Positions 1 to 9,802 of a DNA stretch of 32,000 bases are shown here, piece by piece. Source of the stretch: Polynucleobacter necessarius (lineage in GTDB: Bacteria > Pseudomonadota > Gammaproteobacteria > Burkholderiales > Burkholderiaceae); assembly GCF_900095195.1 (NCBI RefSeq), contig NZ_LT606950.1, forward strand, positions 1,131,946-1,163,945. Direction: 5' to 3'. Numbering within the stretch: the first letter of the stretch is position 1; each line of letters begins with the position of its first letter. The notes below the pieces were generated by a model. That model was not told the origin of the DNA and did not search any database. It saw nothing but the letters and a program-made list of their open reading frames with translations. Position numbers and translations under genes: made by a program.

Positions 1-1006
1 GACCGGCATACGAGATTTCTGCTTCAGCCAACCAGCCCCCATCTATACAGATATTTGCCTTCAGGTTATTGGGTTTTGGATGCCCCCGAACTCCAGTCAC
101 TTGCACCCGATCGTTTCCCTGATCATGTATCTGCACTTGAGTTATATCCGCCACGACATCTGGGGTGAAATACTGCGCAGGATCATGCAACTCATAAAGC
201 AATTGCTCAGTCACGGTCATACGATTCACTACACCGCCAGTATGCATGGGCTTCGTAATGCAAATATTTCCATATTGATCCACCTCGGCAATTGGAAAAC
301 CAAGATTACTTAAATCCGGCACCTCCTTCAATCCAGGATCCGCAAAGTAACCGCCTGTGACTTGTGCTCCGCACTCCAAAAGGTGGCCAGCCATGGTTGC
401 TGCCCCCAAGAAATCCCAATCTTCCCAACTCTTTTGAAAATGCGCCATTAAAGGGCCAACGGTTAGTGCGGGATCGGCTACGCGCCCCGTCACGACCACT
501 TGCGCTCCAGCAGCTAATGCAGCGGCAATTTCTTGCGCTCCTAAATAGACATTAGCACTTACTAAATGGCTATGCGATAACGTCATTTGGTCTTTCGCCG
601 AAAGACATGTATTCAGGACATCTCTAAATTGTGGAGCGGAAATATCGTCCCCATCAACCACTGCAATTTTGATATGCGAAATACCTTGTTTTTTTGCAAT
701 GTCGGTTATTAACTGAGCGGCAGCTTGTGGATTGGCAGCACCAAAATTGCCGACTATCGGAATTCCAGCTTTGACGCAATTCACCCAAATGGGCTCAACC
801 ATCTCCCGAAGCAATGGTTCATATCCCAACTGTTCGTTTTGTAGACGCTCTAATTGCGCTAGCGCCAAAGTTCTTTCTGCCAATCTTTCAAAGATGAGAC
901 ACATTGGCCCACCCAAACCTATCAGATCATTGACTAGGGGTTTTGCAACACCCAGTCGATCGCCCGAAAATCCAGCAGCACACGCGACACGATAAATATC
1001 AGGCAC
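1..1006 (-). CDS. DUF1446/AtuA-like family protein (N-terminal ~335 codons; 3' end lies beyond the left edge)
   Basis: Absent from the ORF track because it has no stop inside the window. My minus-strand translation from GTG 1006-1004 is open to base 1: (M)PDIYRVACAAGFSGDR...IVGNFGAANP...VVVTGRVADPALTVGPL...MAGHLLECGAQVTGGYF...EQLLYELHDPAQYFTPDV. There is an in-frame upstream TAG at 1024-1022. The motifs match my memory of DUF1446 (AtuA) proteins. Confidence 0.75.
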   Translation of the reverse strand, partial: MPDIYRVACAAGFSGDRLGVAKPLVNDLIGLGGPMCLIFERLAERTLALAQLERLQNEQLGYEPLLREMVEPIWVNCVKAGIPIVGNFGAANPQAAAQLITDIAKKQGISHIKIAVVDGDDISAPQFRDVLNTCLSAKDQMTLSHSHLVSANVYLGAQEIAAALAAGAQVVVTGRVADPALTVGPLMAHFQKSWEDWDFLGAATMAGHLLECGAQVTGGYFADPGLKEVPDLSNLGFPIAEVDQYGNICITKPMHTGGVVNRMTVTEQLLYELHDPAQYFTPDVVADITQVQIHDQGNDRVQVTGVRGHPKPNNLKANICIDGGWLAEAEISYAG

Positions 1007-1011
1007 AATGA

Positions 1012-1374
1012 TTATTGTTGACTACGATTTGGGGAATCTTGAAAACCATTTGAACGGAAGGTTAAGACCAATGTATCACGATATCCATAGTCTACCAATG
1101 GCCGTATAGGAGTGGATTCATGAATCATGCGCTCGTCATTCATGAGAAGTGGCGACCAGGGCTCTGTAAGAGTAAATCGCAACCCTGCAAGATCTATGCG
1201 CATCAAAAATGCGCGTTTCACCACCCTTGATGCCCACTCGATTCAATAAAATACAGCCACAAAATCAACGCCGTCACGATGCGCACCTTCGGTGGTGGGT
1301 CGTCCAATTCCATCCGTTGTATCGATTCGAAATTGGTGAACCTCAACAAACCAAGTCGTAACGGGTTTTAAGAT
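1012..1374 (-). pseudogene. 2OG-Fe dioxygenase-family (PF10014-like) remnant: N-terminal part deleted, in-frame TGA
   Basis: One minus-strand frame reads ...VEVHQFRIDTTDGIGRPTTEGAHRDGVDFVAVFY, then TGA (1245-1243), then IEWASR...FTLTEPWSPLLMNDERMIHESTPIRPLVDYGYRDTLVLTFR. The HQxRI..PTxEGxHRDGxDFV and DERxxHxxTPI..RDxLxxxF blocks resemble that dioxygenase family. About 100 N-terminal residues expected for the family are missing. The remnant is read through from the upstream Bug-family frame (ORF 1243..2013). Confidence 0.5.
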
Positions 1375-2273
1375 ACTCAATTTTGCTGGCGGCACAGGCG
1401 ATAGGTCTAATCCTTGAGCGATTAACTTTTCGCGAACATCGGTCTTAGCCATAGTTTTATCCATAGCCGATTGAATTTTCTTAATGGCGGCATCTGACGA
1501 TGTGCCAATTGGCGAAAATAAAGCTACCCAAACCTCCCCAACGCAGTCTGGATAGGTTTCTGCAATCGTTGGAATTTCTGGTGCTGCACTTGAGCGCTTC
1601 GCAGAACTAATCGCTATAGCTTGTAATTTGCCCGCTTTAATGTAATTTAAGACGGAAGGAAGACTCGCAAAGGCGAGCGGAACTTGACCTCCCAATACAT
1701 CATTAATAGCAGGCGCAACCCTTTTATAGGGAATGTGTTGCATCTCAATACTCGCACTCGTATTCAGCATGGCTCCAAGTAGATGACTAATGGTTCCATT
1801 ACCCGCAGATGCGTATGAAAGCTCACCAGGCTTCTTCTTTGCAGCAGCGATCACATCCGCAAGCGTTTTATATGGTGATCCTGGTGGCGAAACCAAAACG
1901 TACGGTGTCGCACCGATATAGTAGAGCGGAACAAAATCATTGATAGGGTCGAAGCCTGGGTTTTTATATAGCGCAGGATTAATTGCTTGCGCACTATTAA
2001 TTGTGACCAGCAATGTGTACCCATCTTTTGGTGATCGCGCACACTCTGAGTGCCAATATTGCCACCTGCACCAGGTCGATTTTCAACCACAGCAGATGTC
2101 CCAATAGCATCCCCAAACGCTGGAGCGATTAAACGCGCGACAATATCATTGGTACCACCGGCGGCTTGGAGAACTACCAAAGCAATCAGTTTACTTGGAT
2201 ACGTTTGCCAAGACCACGGTCGAGAACAAAGCGCATGACAGAAATACCGCTTTAGCGGTTATTTTTTATACAT
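1375..2273 (-). pseudogene. Bug/TctC-family tripartite tricarboxylate transporter substrate-binding protein, three frameshifts and 3' truncation
   Basis: ATG at 2273 follows a GGAGG. Three blocks lie in different frames: the signal peptide MYKK/ITAKAVFLSCALFSTVVLA; then YPSKLIALVVLQAAGGTNDIVARLIAPAFGDAIGTSAVVENRPGAGGNIGTQSV; then ARSPKDGYTLLVTINSAQAINPALYKNPGFDPINDF...IAQGLDLSPVPPAKLS. The shifts fall at the T6 run 2262-2267, at ~2200-2208 and at ~2040-2046. The family C-terminus is replaced at ~1375-1385 by the 2OG remnant. Confidence 0.8.
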
Positions 2274-2285
2274 AGTTGCCTCCGT

Positions 2286-3587
2286 TTATGAATATAAATG
2301 CTTTAAGCGTGCGCGTACATCTCCCACATGCTCCTTCAAGCCATACAATTCTTTTGAATCCATCATCGATACTTTGATCGTATTCACACGTCTCTCAATA
2401 CCCTCAAGATCTTTAAAGTTACGATCCCTTAAATCAGGATTAATCGCATTTTCTCAATCTCTCTAAGTTCGGCATACACCTGCGCAAGCTTAAGTCGTAA
2501 TAAAAAGTTTTTAGCGGAGGGAATATACGCAAACAATGGGATGAAGATTACTAACAGTGGAATAACAATTTTAACAAAACGCCCTACCCACAGGGCAGTC
2601 CAAAACGGAAGATGTCGATGTAAAAAAGATGGGCCATCTTTTAAATAAATCTCAGCATCAGTGTGCAGCGGGAAATCGATTCCCATGCTCGACGGAAATT
2701 CTCCAGGATTTTGCAGTCGAGAGTACGACTTCAAAATGTCATACGAGGCACTCAATAACAATGAAATCATGGCAGGACTAACATTATCTTGCGTTACCAA
2801 AGTTGCTGTTGGCGCAATCACCTGTATATCCTGACGTGGAACATCATGCCCAATACTGAGAAGGCCTCGCGGAACATTAACCTTTGATAGGTATGGTAAG
2901 TTTCGCGTGTAAGCATCTGCTTGATCAAAACTCATCAAACGAATACCCGGCACCTCATAAAACTTTTTTAAGATAGGTGTTTCAATGGCTGCAACAATAA
3001 ATACGGCATCCAAATCTCCGCTACTCAGTTTGGCTAGCGCCTGATCAGGCTTCAATCTTTCTGCGCGAATCTCGCTTTCTGAAATACCGCTAATTTTTAA
3101 TAACGAGTACTTAAGGGAGAGTACCGCTGCCCTCGTTGCCAATCGCTACACGCTTATTCTTTAGTTGATTTAATGCCTGAAGGTGGCCGCCATCATTTTT
3201 GAAGGCAGACTCGCGATACCAAACCCATAAGGTTTCATAAAACAGACCAGCAATGGATACTAAATTGGGATACTTTTCCATATCGCCAACACCACCTTGA
3301 ACCATTGCAAACTTCACACCTGATTTTGGGTCGCCCAGTAACGCCAAATTATCAATGGTTCCACCTGTCGTTTTTACTTGTAATTCCACCCCATCCTGTA
3401 TGAGCTCTTTCTTTAAACGCTCACCGAATTGGTAATATAACCCTGTTGGGAAACCAGTGGCCATTTAGATGGTTTTTGGCGGGGGTGGAACCAAAATCCA
3501 GAGAACCGCAAAGATCGAAATTAATAAAACACAAAAGCCAATCGCAATTGCATAAGGGTTGTAGATGTGTTTTTTTAGAGAATGCAT
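2286..3587 (-). pseudogene. TAXI-family TRAP-type solute receptor-like protein with N- and C-terminal TM segments; nonsense plus two frameshifts
   Basis: ATG 3587 gives MHSLKKHIYNPYAIAIGFCVLLISIFAVLWILVPPPPKTI, then an in-frame TAA (3467-3465), then MATGFPTGLYYQFGERLKKEL...RVAIGNEGSGT. A frameshift at ~3114-3122 leads into LSLKYSLLKISGI...PFWTALWVGRFVKIVIPLLVIFIPLF...AELREIEK. A second frameshift at the T4 run 2449-2452 leads into NAINPDLRDRNFKDLEGIERRV...RARLKHLYS and a stop at 2288-2286. Confidence 0.7.
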
Positions 3588-3638
3588 ATGACCTCTAGAT
3601 TTTTCACATGGGACTTACATCGTCCCATCTTCTATTTA

Positions 3639-4853
3639 TTACCGAACTTGGTTTACCAAAAGCTTCACTTGCGTCGCGCCAACCTGAACAGTTTGCATCG
3701 CAGATAAAAGGTCACCCACTTCCGCTTTTACCATACCTGTTTTGGATATTCTAGCTTCAATGGTCACTTCTGACAGCTTAGATATCAGATTGTTTGGATT
3801 CATCGCTAAAGCATCTGTCAGATTAAAACGTACCGGAAAATCCGTTGCGGGAACTTTTAATACTGCCACGGGCATCCGCTCGCCAGGCTGACGTGCAATA
3901 ACCATCAACACATCACCTGGATGGATTTTAGATTTCAGATCGGATGACAGCTCAATGGTCCCACCAACACTCTTACCTAAAGGCATGGGGTTGACCGAGG
4001 AAGGGGGAGAACTTAAGCCACTTTTTGATTTCGCCTCTGCAATCGAACCCTCGATAGCACGAGCTTCCTCAGAGTTTGGCGGCAATTGTTGTGCAATTTT
4101 TTGCCAATTCTGCACCGCAGATTTGTAATTACCACCATTAAATGCTGCTGAGCCCGATAACCAGAGAGCCAATAAATTATTGGGGTCTAATTTCAGTGCT
4201 TGGTTTATCAACTGAAGCGGCTTACCTGAAAAATTACCATTCGCAACCGCAACCAAAGCATCTGCGTACTCAGCCAATAACTCTGGGGCATTATCGATAA
4301 ATGTTCCAGCACGGCTATAGGCATTTGCAGCATCTGCGTAGCGCCCCAAAATTCGATAAGAACGGCCCAGCATTGCCCAACCCTGAAGGTTACTTGGGTC
4401 TTTCTCCATCTTTTGCGCAAAGTCAGACATCATCTGCTCAACGCCCGCCTGGGTCATCGGCTGTTGCTGTTTCTGTTGTGCAACGCGCGCAATATCACCC
4501 AAGTAAAAGTAAAGACCAGAGGATAGAAGAACTATAAAAATAGACAAGCCAATGATCACTTTTTTGGTTGAACCCATCACTGCTTTATCGTCTTCCTCAT
4601 TCGTGTCTTGAAAAAGTCGTTGTCGCATTTCGGAGCGACTCATTTCGTACTCTTGAACATTAATTCTACCTGCGGCATGCTCAGCAGCCAACCTATCTAA
4701 TTCATCACGATAAATCGCAGCATTCATCTGACGACGCGAAGTACCCCCTTCTTTGCCCAAGAAAATAAATGGTCTTAGCAATAAAACCAAAACCAAAACG
4801 AGCAATAGGAAGGCGGCAATGAAAAAACTAGCCATGCATTCCATCCCGCTCAT
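3639..4853 (-). CDS. ccmI: cytochrome c-type biogenesis protein CcmI (TM plus TPR domain)
   Basis: Intact 404-aa ORF and the last gene of the ccm cluster. It has an N-terminal TM, a second TM and TPR-like repeats (GWAMLGRSYRILGRYADAANAYSRA...). The true start may be an internal Met (MASFF, ~4835), which would shorten the overlap with ccmH. Confidence 0.8.
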   Translation of the reverse strand: MSGMECMASFFIAAFLLLVLVLVLLLRPFIFLGKEGGTSRRQMNAAIYRDELDRLAAEHAAGRINVQEYEMSRSEMRQRLFQDTNEEDDKAVMGSTKKVIIGLSIFIVLLSSGLYFYLGDIARVAQQKQQQPMTQAGVEQMMSDFAQKMEKDPSNLQGWAMLGRSYRILGRYADAANAYSRAGTFIDNAPELLAEYADALVAVANGNFSGKPLQLINQALKLDPNNLLALWLSGSAAFNGGNYKSAVQNWQKIAQQLPPNSEEARAIEGSIAEAKSKSGLSSPPSSVNPMPLGKSVGGTIELSSDLKSKIHPGDVLMVIARQPGERMPVAVLKVPATDFPVRFNLTDALAMNPNNLISKLSEVTIEARISKTGMVKAEVGDLLSAMQTVQVGATQVKLLVNQVR

Positions 4854-5313
4854 TTTTATTGAGCATATTCAATAAGGCATCTATTTTTTGATTATCTTCA
4901 GCACTTAAGGTTTTAATTTGAGCAAGCGTGTTTCGGCGTCGCAAATATGAAAACAGAAAAGCAATTCCAATCAGCAGTATTACGAAGGGTCCGAGCCACA
5001 ATAACCAAGTAATGGGCTTCACTGGTGGTCGATAGAGTACGAAATCCCCATAGCGTTCCACCATAAAAGCGCGAATTTGATCATCGCTCTTTCCCTCTTT
5101 AATCAGCTTCCGAATTTCTCTACGCAGATCATTCGCCAAATCTGACCGAGAGCCCGCTAAAGACTCATTTTGACAAACTAAGCAACGCATTTCTTCAGAG
5201 ATACTAATTAAACGCTGCTCTGTTATTGGATCATCTACCAGTGGAGCGGCATCTTTTGCAAAAGCCGTATGCATGCAAAGTACAGAGGCAAGCGCTATCA
5301 AAATGCGTTTCAT
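4828..5313 (-). CDS. ccmH: cytochrome c-type biogenesis protein CcmH
   Basis: 161-aa ORF with a signal peptide, the LRCLVCQNESL CXXC motif and a C-terminal TM. Its start overlaps the ccmG stop by 4 nt. Confidence 0.88.
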   Translation of the reverse strand: MKRILIALASVLCMHTAFAKDAAPLVDDPITEQRLISISEEMRCLVCQNESLAGSRSDLANDLRREIRKLIKEGKSDDQIRAFMVERYGDFVLYRPPVKPITWLLWLGPFVILLIGIAFLFSYLRRRNTLAQIKTLSAEDNQKIDALLNMLNKNERDGMHG

Positions 5314-5840
5314 GATTTTTTAAGCTCTGACAACATTGGATAGATCTTTTGATTCAAAATCTCTAGCGTAATGGGGCCAATATGCTTGAACCGAATCACT
5401 CCAGTTTGATCAATCACATAGGTTTCGGGGACCCCATAAACACCATAATCGATACCTACGCGCCTATTTTCATCAAACGCGGAGAGCACATAAGGATTGC
5501 CTTGTCTATTTAGCATTGCTAGCGCATCTTCGCGCTTATCCTTGTAGTCCAAACCAATTAACGGTGCCTGCCCTGATTTGGCTAATTCAACCAATACCGG
5601 GTGCTCCTCACGGCATGCCACACACCAAGAAGCCCAAACATTCAAAATCCAAACCTGGCCTTTCATGCTGGCAGGCGAGAATGTTTTATTCGCTTGAGCC
5701 AACTGCGGAACCTCAAATGCTGGAGCAGCCTTATTAATCAGCGGTGAGGGCACTTCACGAGGGTCGCGATTGAGGCCAACAGCCAAAAAGCTAACCAACA
5801 CTACAAACAGCACCAAGGGAATTAAAAATTTGGCTTTCAT
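5310..5840 (-). CDS. ccmG: thiol:disulfide interchange protein DsbE/CcmG
   Basis: 176-aa ORF with an N-terminal TM anchor, the thioredoxin motif WASWCVACREEHP and GVYGVPETYVID. It overlaps ccmF by 4 nt. Confidence 0.9.
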   Translation of the reverse strand: MKAKFLIPLVLFVVLVSFLAVGLNRDPREVPSPLINKAAPAFEVPQLAQANKTFSPASMKGQVWILNVWASWCVACREEHPVLVELAKSGQAPLIGLDYKDKREDALAMLNRQGNPYVLSAFDENRRVGIDYGVYGVPETYVIDQTGVIRFKHIGPITLEILNQKIYPMLSELKKS

Positions 5841-7756
5841 GAAACCGCCTTCTTTAATTTCATCCGATAACGCTTATCGGAAATAGCCAGAATACCGCCC
5901 AAAGCCATGAACAAACATCCGCCCCAAATCCAATCAACGAAGGGTTTGTAATAGACCCTGACTGCCCATGATCGATCGCCAAGCTCTTCACCGAGCGATA
6001 CATAGATATCACGAGTCAATCCAGCATCAATTGCAGCCTCTGTCATCGGCATCGTCGATGAAAAATAGTTACGCTTTTCTGGGTAAAGAGTCGCTTGAGC
6101 ATTGCCATTTTTCAACAATAAAAATGTGCCACGCATAGCTTCATAGTTCGGGCCTGGAACCTTAGAAACATCAATCAACTTGATTTGATACCCACCAACA
6201 TTAACGGTGTCACCCGCAAGCATGCGCACATCTTTTTCTTCTTGGTAAGCGCCAACCATAGTAATGCCAATAACAAAAATGGCTATACCAAGATGAGCAA
6301 ATTGCATACCCATAAATGAGCGGGTAGGTTTACCCTGCTTTACTTGTCGAAGAATTTGCAAGCATCCTGAGACAATGATCCAAAATGCTAATAAGAAACT
6401 TAATCCGGCCAGCCAAGTAAATTGCCCCATGATGAGCGGTATTGCGATTCCAGCGACCGCGGCTATAAAACCAGCGAGCCATAAGCGCTTGATGACAGAG
6501 CCTAAATCCGTATTTTTCCATTGGGCCAATGGACCTATCCCCATTAGCATTAAAAGCGGAACCATGATCGGAACAAACACACTATTAAAGTAAGGTGGCC
6601 CTACAGAAATTTTGCCAAGATGCAATGCGTCAATCAGTAGCGGGTAGAGAGTGCCCAGCAATACTGAACCCGCCGATACCACCAAGAAAACATTACCGAG
6701 CAAAATGAATATCTCTCTGGAACTTAAACTAAATTTACCCCCCAAGGTATTTTTGGGTGCGCGCCACGCATAGAGAACCAGCGAAGAACCCACAACAATT
6801 GTTAGCAAAATTAAGATAAAAATGCCGCGCCTGGGATCGGTAGCAAACGCATGTACTGAGGTCAACACACCAGAACGAACCAGAAATGTTCCCAATAAGG
6901 AAAAGGAGAACGCGGTAATCGCCAGCAAAACTGTCCAGCTTTTAAAGCCACCGCGCTTTTCAGTAACCGCCAAAGAATGTAGCAATGCCGTTCCGACCAA
7001 CCAAGGAATGAACGAGGCATTTTCTACGGGGTCCCAAAACCACCAACCGCCCCAACCGAGTTCGCAATAAGCCCACCATGAGCCCAATGCGATACCGAGC
7101 GTTAAGAAAATCCAAGCGGCCGTAGTCCAAGGTCGCGACCAACGCGCCCAAGCAGCATCCAATCGCCCCGACAATAAGGAGGCGATAGCGAACGCAAACG
7201 CAACTGAGAAACCGACGTAACCCATATACAACATCGGCGGATGAAAAACCAATCCAGGATCTTGTAATAAAGGATTTAGTGATCGACCATCTTGAGCGGC
7301 CGGCAAAAGACGCTCAAACGGATTGGAAGTTGTTAAGATAAACAACAGCAGACCGTTAGTAACCAACCCGAGAACACCAATCACTCGGGCAACCATAAAT
7401 TCATCTAATGCCTTGGAGAGTTGAGCAACCAGAATCGTCCAGGTGCTCAATAAGAAAATCCAGAGCAAGAGCGATCCCTCATGACCACCCCACACTGCAC
7501 CCAAGCGATAAATTACTGGCAACTGCGAATTGGAGTGCTCGGCAACATAAAGGACTGAGAAATCATTAACGTAAAAACTCCACGCCAAAATGACAAATGC
7601 AAGCGCAATCAGCAAAAAAGAAACTTGGGCGGTTGGCCTTGCGATCACCAACAATTCACGACGACCATAATGCGCGCCGAGTAATGGCAATACCCCTTGA
7701 ATCAATGCAATACAAAATGCCAATATCAGGGCGTAATGACCAAACTCAGGAATCAT
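5837..7756 (-). CDS. ccmF: cytochrome c heme lyase subunit CcmF
   Basis: Uninterrupted 639-aa polytopic membrane ORF. It carries a W-rich motif (WGGWWFWDPVENASFIPW) and a conserved order of TM segments. Confidence 0.92.
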   Translation of the reverse strand: MIPEFGHYALILAFCIALIQGVLPLLGAHYGRRELLVIARPTAQVSFLLIALAFVILAWSFYVNDFSVLYVAEHSNSQLPVIYRLGAVWGGHEGSLLLWIFLLSTWTILVAQLSKALDEFMVARVIGVLGLVTNGLLLFILTTSNPFERLLPAAQDGRSLNPLLQDPGLVFHPPMLYMGYVGFSVAFAFAIASLLSGRLDAAWARWSRPWTTAAWIFLTLGIALGSWWAYCELGWGGWWFWDPVENASFIPWLVGTALLHSLAVTEKRGGFKSWTVLLAITAFSFSLLGTFLVRSGVLTSVHAFATDPRRGIFILILLTIVVGSSLVLYAWRAPKNTLGGKFSLSSREIFILLGNVFLVVSAGSVLLGTLYPLLIDALHLGKISVGPPYFNSVFVPIMVPLLMLMGIGPLAQWKNTDLGSVIKRLWLAGFIAAVAGIAIPLIMGQFTWLAGLSFLLAFWIIVSGCLQILRQVKQGKPTRSFMGMQFAHLGIAIFVIGITMVGAYQEEKDVRMLAGDTVNVGGYQIKLIDVSKVPGPNYEAMRGTFLLLKNGNAQATLYPEKRNYFSSTMPMTEAAIDAGLTRDIYVSLGEELGDRSWAVRVYYKPFVDWIWGGCLFMALGGILAISDKRYRMKLKKAVS

Positions 7757-7778
7757 TTACCACTTTCATTTTTTGAGC

Positions 7779-8204
7779 TTACTCAAAAGCATGTTTCGCC
7801 TCAGGTGGCATGTAATTTTCATCGTGCTTAGCAAGAACTTCACTTGCTGTAAATTCACCGTTAGCATTCAAGCGTCCCTGAATAACTGCGCCCTTACCTT
7901 CCTTAAATAAGTCAGGCAAGATACCGGTATAAGAAACGGGAATGTCTTTTACAAGGTCGGTAATCACAAAATGTACGGTTAATCCATCGCGCTTTAATGA
8001 GCCATCTTTCACCATACCGCCAATTCGAAATGCCTGCCCCTGAGGTGCTTTACCAGCAGCCACGTCACTTGGCGTGACGTAAAGTGCAATATTGCTATTT
8101 AATGCATTCAGAATTAACGTTGCGGCAACCCCAATCACCACTAGGGCAGCAACAATAATCAATGCACGCTTATGTCTTGGCTTCACGGCTACTTTCCACA
8201 TCAA
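7779..8204 (-). CDS. ccmE: cytochrome c maturation heme chaperone CcmE
   Basis: 141-aa ORF with a TM anchor, FRIGGMV, and the C-terminal [13 protein letters not shown] heme-binding His region. The start is uncertain: ATG 8204 or GTG ~8186 (VKPRHKR). Confidence 0.88.
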   Translation of the reverse strand: MMWKVAVKPRHKRALIIVAALVVIGVAATLILNALNSNIALYVTPSDVAAGKAPQGQAFRIGGMVKDGSLKRDGLTVHFVITDLVKDIPVSYTGILPDLFKEGKGAVIQGRLNANGEFTASEVLAKHDENYMPPEAKHAFE

Positions 8205-8370
8205 ACTGCTCAGCGATACGCTCTTGCTTTATTCTCTGAATAATCACTTTGTTGCGCATTCGTATGCTCAAAGGCTCAATCAATAAAACGAGTGCACAAA
8301 CACCAAAACTGCTCCACACATAAAGTGCGTAGCCACCCATTGCAAAAAACTCTGCAGGACTATTCCACAT
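8170..8370 (-). CDS. ccmD: heme exporter protein CcmD
   Basis: Small single-TM protein, [33 protein letters not shown].... I chose ATG 8370 because it shares one base with the ccmC stop (TGATG). The ORF track extends it to 8403. Confidence 0.75.
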   Translation of the reverse strand: MWNSPAEFFAMGGYALYVWSSFGVCALVLLIEPLSIRMRNKVIIQRIKQERIAEQFDVESSREAKT

Positions 8371-9140
8371 CAGTTCTTTACCTCGTCCAATTGTCTCACC
8401 CAATCCGTATGTCCTTCACGCTCCAAAATAATGGTGCGTACTCGCATCAATCCGACTGCAATCGAATACATCCAGAAGCACAGGGCCATTAATAACATTC
8501 CTAGCAACATGGTCTGTGCCATAGCCGGTGCTTTTGTCAGCGATACGGAGGCGCCTTGATGGAGCGTATTCCACCATTTCACCGAGAAATAAATAATGGG
8601 CACATTCACGACGCCCACTAAAGCCAAAATAGCACCCGCCTTATCAGTACGACGTGGATTATCAATGGATGATTGGAGTGCGATAAATCCCAAGTAGAGA
8701 AACAGCAGAATGAGTTCGGAGGTAAGGCGCGCGTCCCATACCCACCAAGCGCCCCACATGGGCTTACCCCAAAACGCACCCGTCCATAGGGAAAGGAATG
8801 CCATCCATGCGCCAATCGGCGCTAGTGCCTGCGCCGTCATGGCCGATAATCGAGTGTTAAACACTAACCCAAAGCCCGCCCACATCGCCATCACCAAATA
8901 AATAAACATCGACATCCAAGATGCAGGCACGTGAATAAAGATAATGCGATAACCCTGTGCTTGAACAGCATCCACCGGGGCAACAAAAAAACTTACCCAT
9001 AGGCCAGCAATACCGAAGGCAGCTGCCAACACCCAAAAAACAGGGATGAGTTTGCCCGCTACTGGATAAAAGGTGCTTGGGCTGGATAATTTAAACCAAT
9101 TCACCGAACGATTTTTTGAAAATGTATTGTTATCTGTCAT
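8370..9140 (-). CDS. ccmC: heme exporter protein CcmC
   Basis: 256-aa membrane ORF with the WGxxWxWD tryptophan-rich motif (WGAWWVWDARLTSE). It overlaps ccmB by 4 nt. Confidence 0.92.
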   Translation of the reverse strand: MTDNNTFSKNRSVNWFKLSSPSTFYPVAGKLIPVFWVLAAAFGIAGLWVSFFVAPVDAVQAQGYRIIFIHVPASWMSMFIYLVMAMWAGFGLVFNTRLSAMTAQALAPIGAWMAFLSLWTGAFWGKPMWGAWWVWDARLTSELILLFLYLGFIALQSSIDNPRRTDKAGAILALVGVVNVPIIYFSVKWWNTLHQGASVSLTKAPAMAQTMLLGMLLMALCFWMYSIAVGLMRVRTIILEREGHTDWVRQLDEVKN

Positions 9141-9802
9141 TCAATCGCAATCTTTACTGCCTGGGCACTGACCCAGGGTACAAATGCTAAAGCCAAAATC
9201 AATAAAGCGCCCAATACAGAAAAATGGCCACTGGCATCTAAACCCACACTAGTCGCGTACACTGCGCCTGCTCCAAAAATCAATACGGGAATATACAAAG
9301 GTAGTATTAATAAGCTTATCAACACGCTACCCCCGCGAACACCTAAAGTTAAGGCAGCGCCTATTGAACCCAGCAGCGATAAAACAGGTGTTCCCAATAA
9401 CAAGGTTCCCATCAGCACATTCATAGCACTGCCATCTAAATCAAATTGAATGCCAATAATGGGTGCCAGTATGACTAGCGGAAGTCCACACACAATCCAG
9501 TGAGCAATGATTTTCCCAGCAATTAATAGTACGAAGGGTTGCGGCGATAGAAGCAACTGCTCTAGGGTGCCATCGGCGTAATCCGCAGCGAACATGCGAT
9601 GCAACCCCAATAAAGTAGCTAGTAGAGCCGACACCCAAATGACTCCGGGGGCGATCTTACGTAGTAAAGCTGCGTCAGCTCCAATGCCAAGTGGAAACAA
9701 ACTCGTTACGACAATAAAGAAAAATAAGGCAGTAAGCACTTCGCTCTTGCGGCGCATCACCAAGAGGAGATCTCGCTGAATCACAGCAAATAAAGCGCTC
9801 AT
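9137..9802 (-). CDS. ccmB: heme exporter permease CcmB
   Basis: 221-aa six-TM-type ORF positioned between ccmA and ccmC. It overlaps ccmA by 4 nt. Confidence 0.88.
   Translation of the reverse strand: MSALFAVIQRDLLLVMRRKSEVLTALFFFIVVTSLFPLGIGADAALLRKIAPGVIWVSALLATLLGLHRMFAADYADGTLEQLLLSPQPFVLLIAGKIIAHWIVCGLPLVILAPIIGIQFDLDGSAMNVLMGTLLLGTPVLSLLGSIGAALTLGVRGGSVLISLLILPLYIPVLIFGAGAVYATSVGLDASGHFSVLGALLILALAFVPWVSAQAVKIAIE

Noticed and set aside
80-995. Three small plus-strand ORFs (80..313, 364..555, 732..995), the only track ORFs in the first kilobase
   Set aside because: The opposite strand carries a continuous ~335-codon AtuA-like frame that is open to the window edge. The plus-strand ORFs are antisense artefacts.
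6330-7151. Nested small ORFs inside ccmF (6330..6521, 6375..6593, 6822..7070, 6960..7151), with similar ones inside ccmC, ccmB, ccmA, dnaG and tsaD
   Set aside because: They are alternative-frame or antisense shadows of long, well-supported genes, and no feature supports independent coding.
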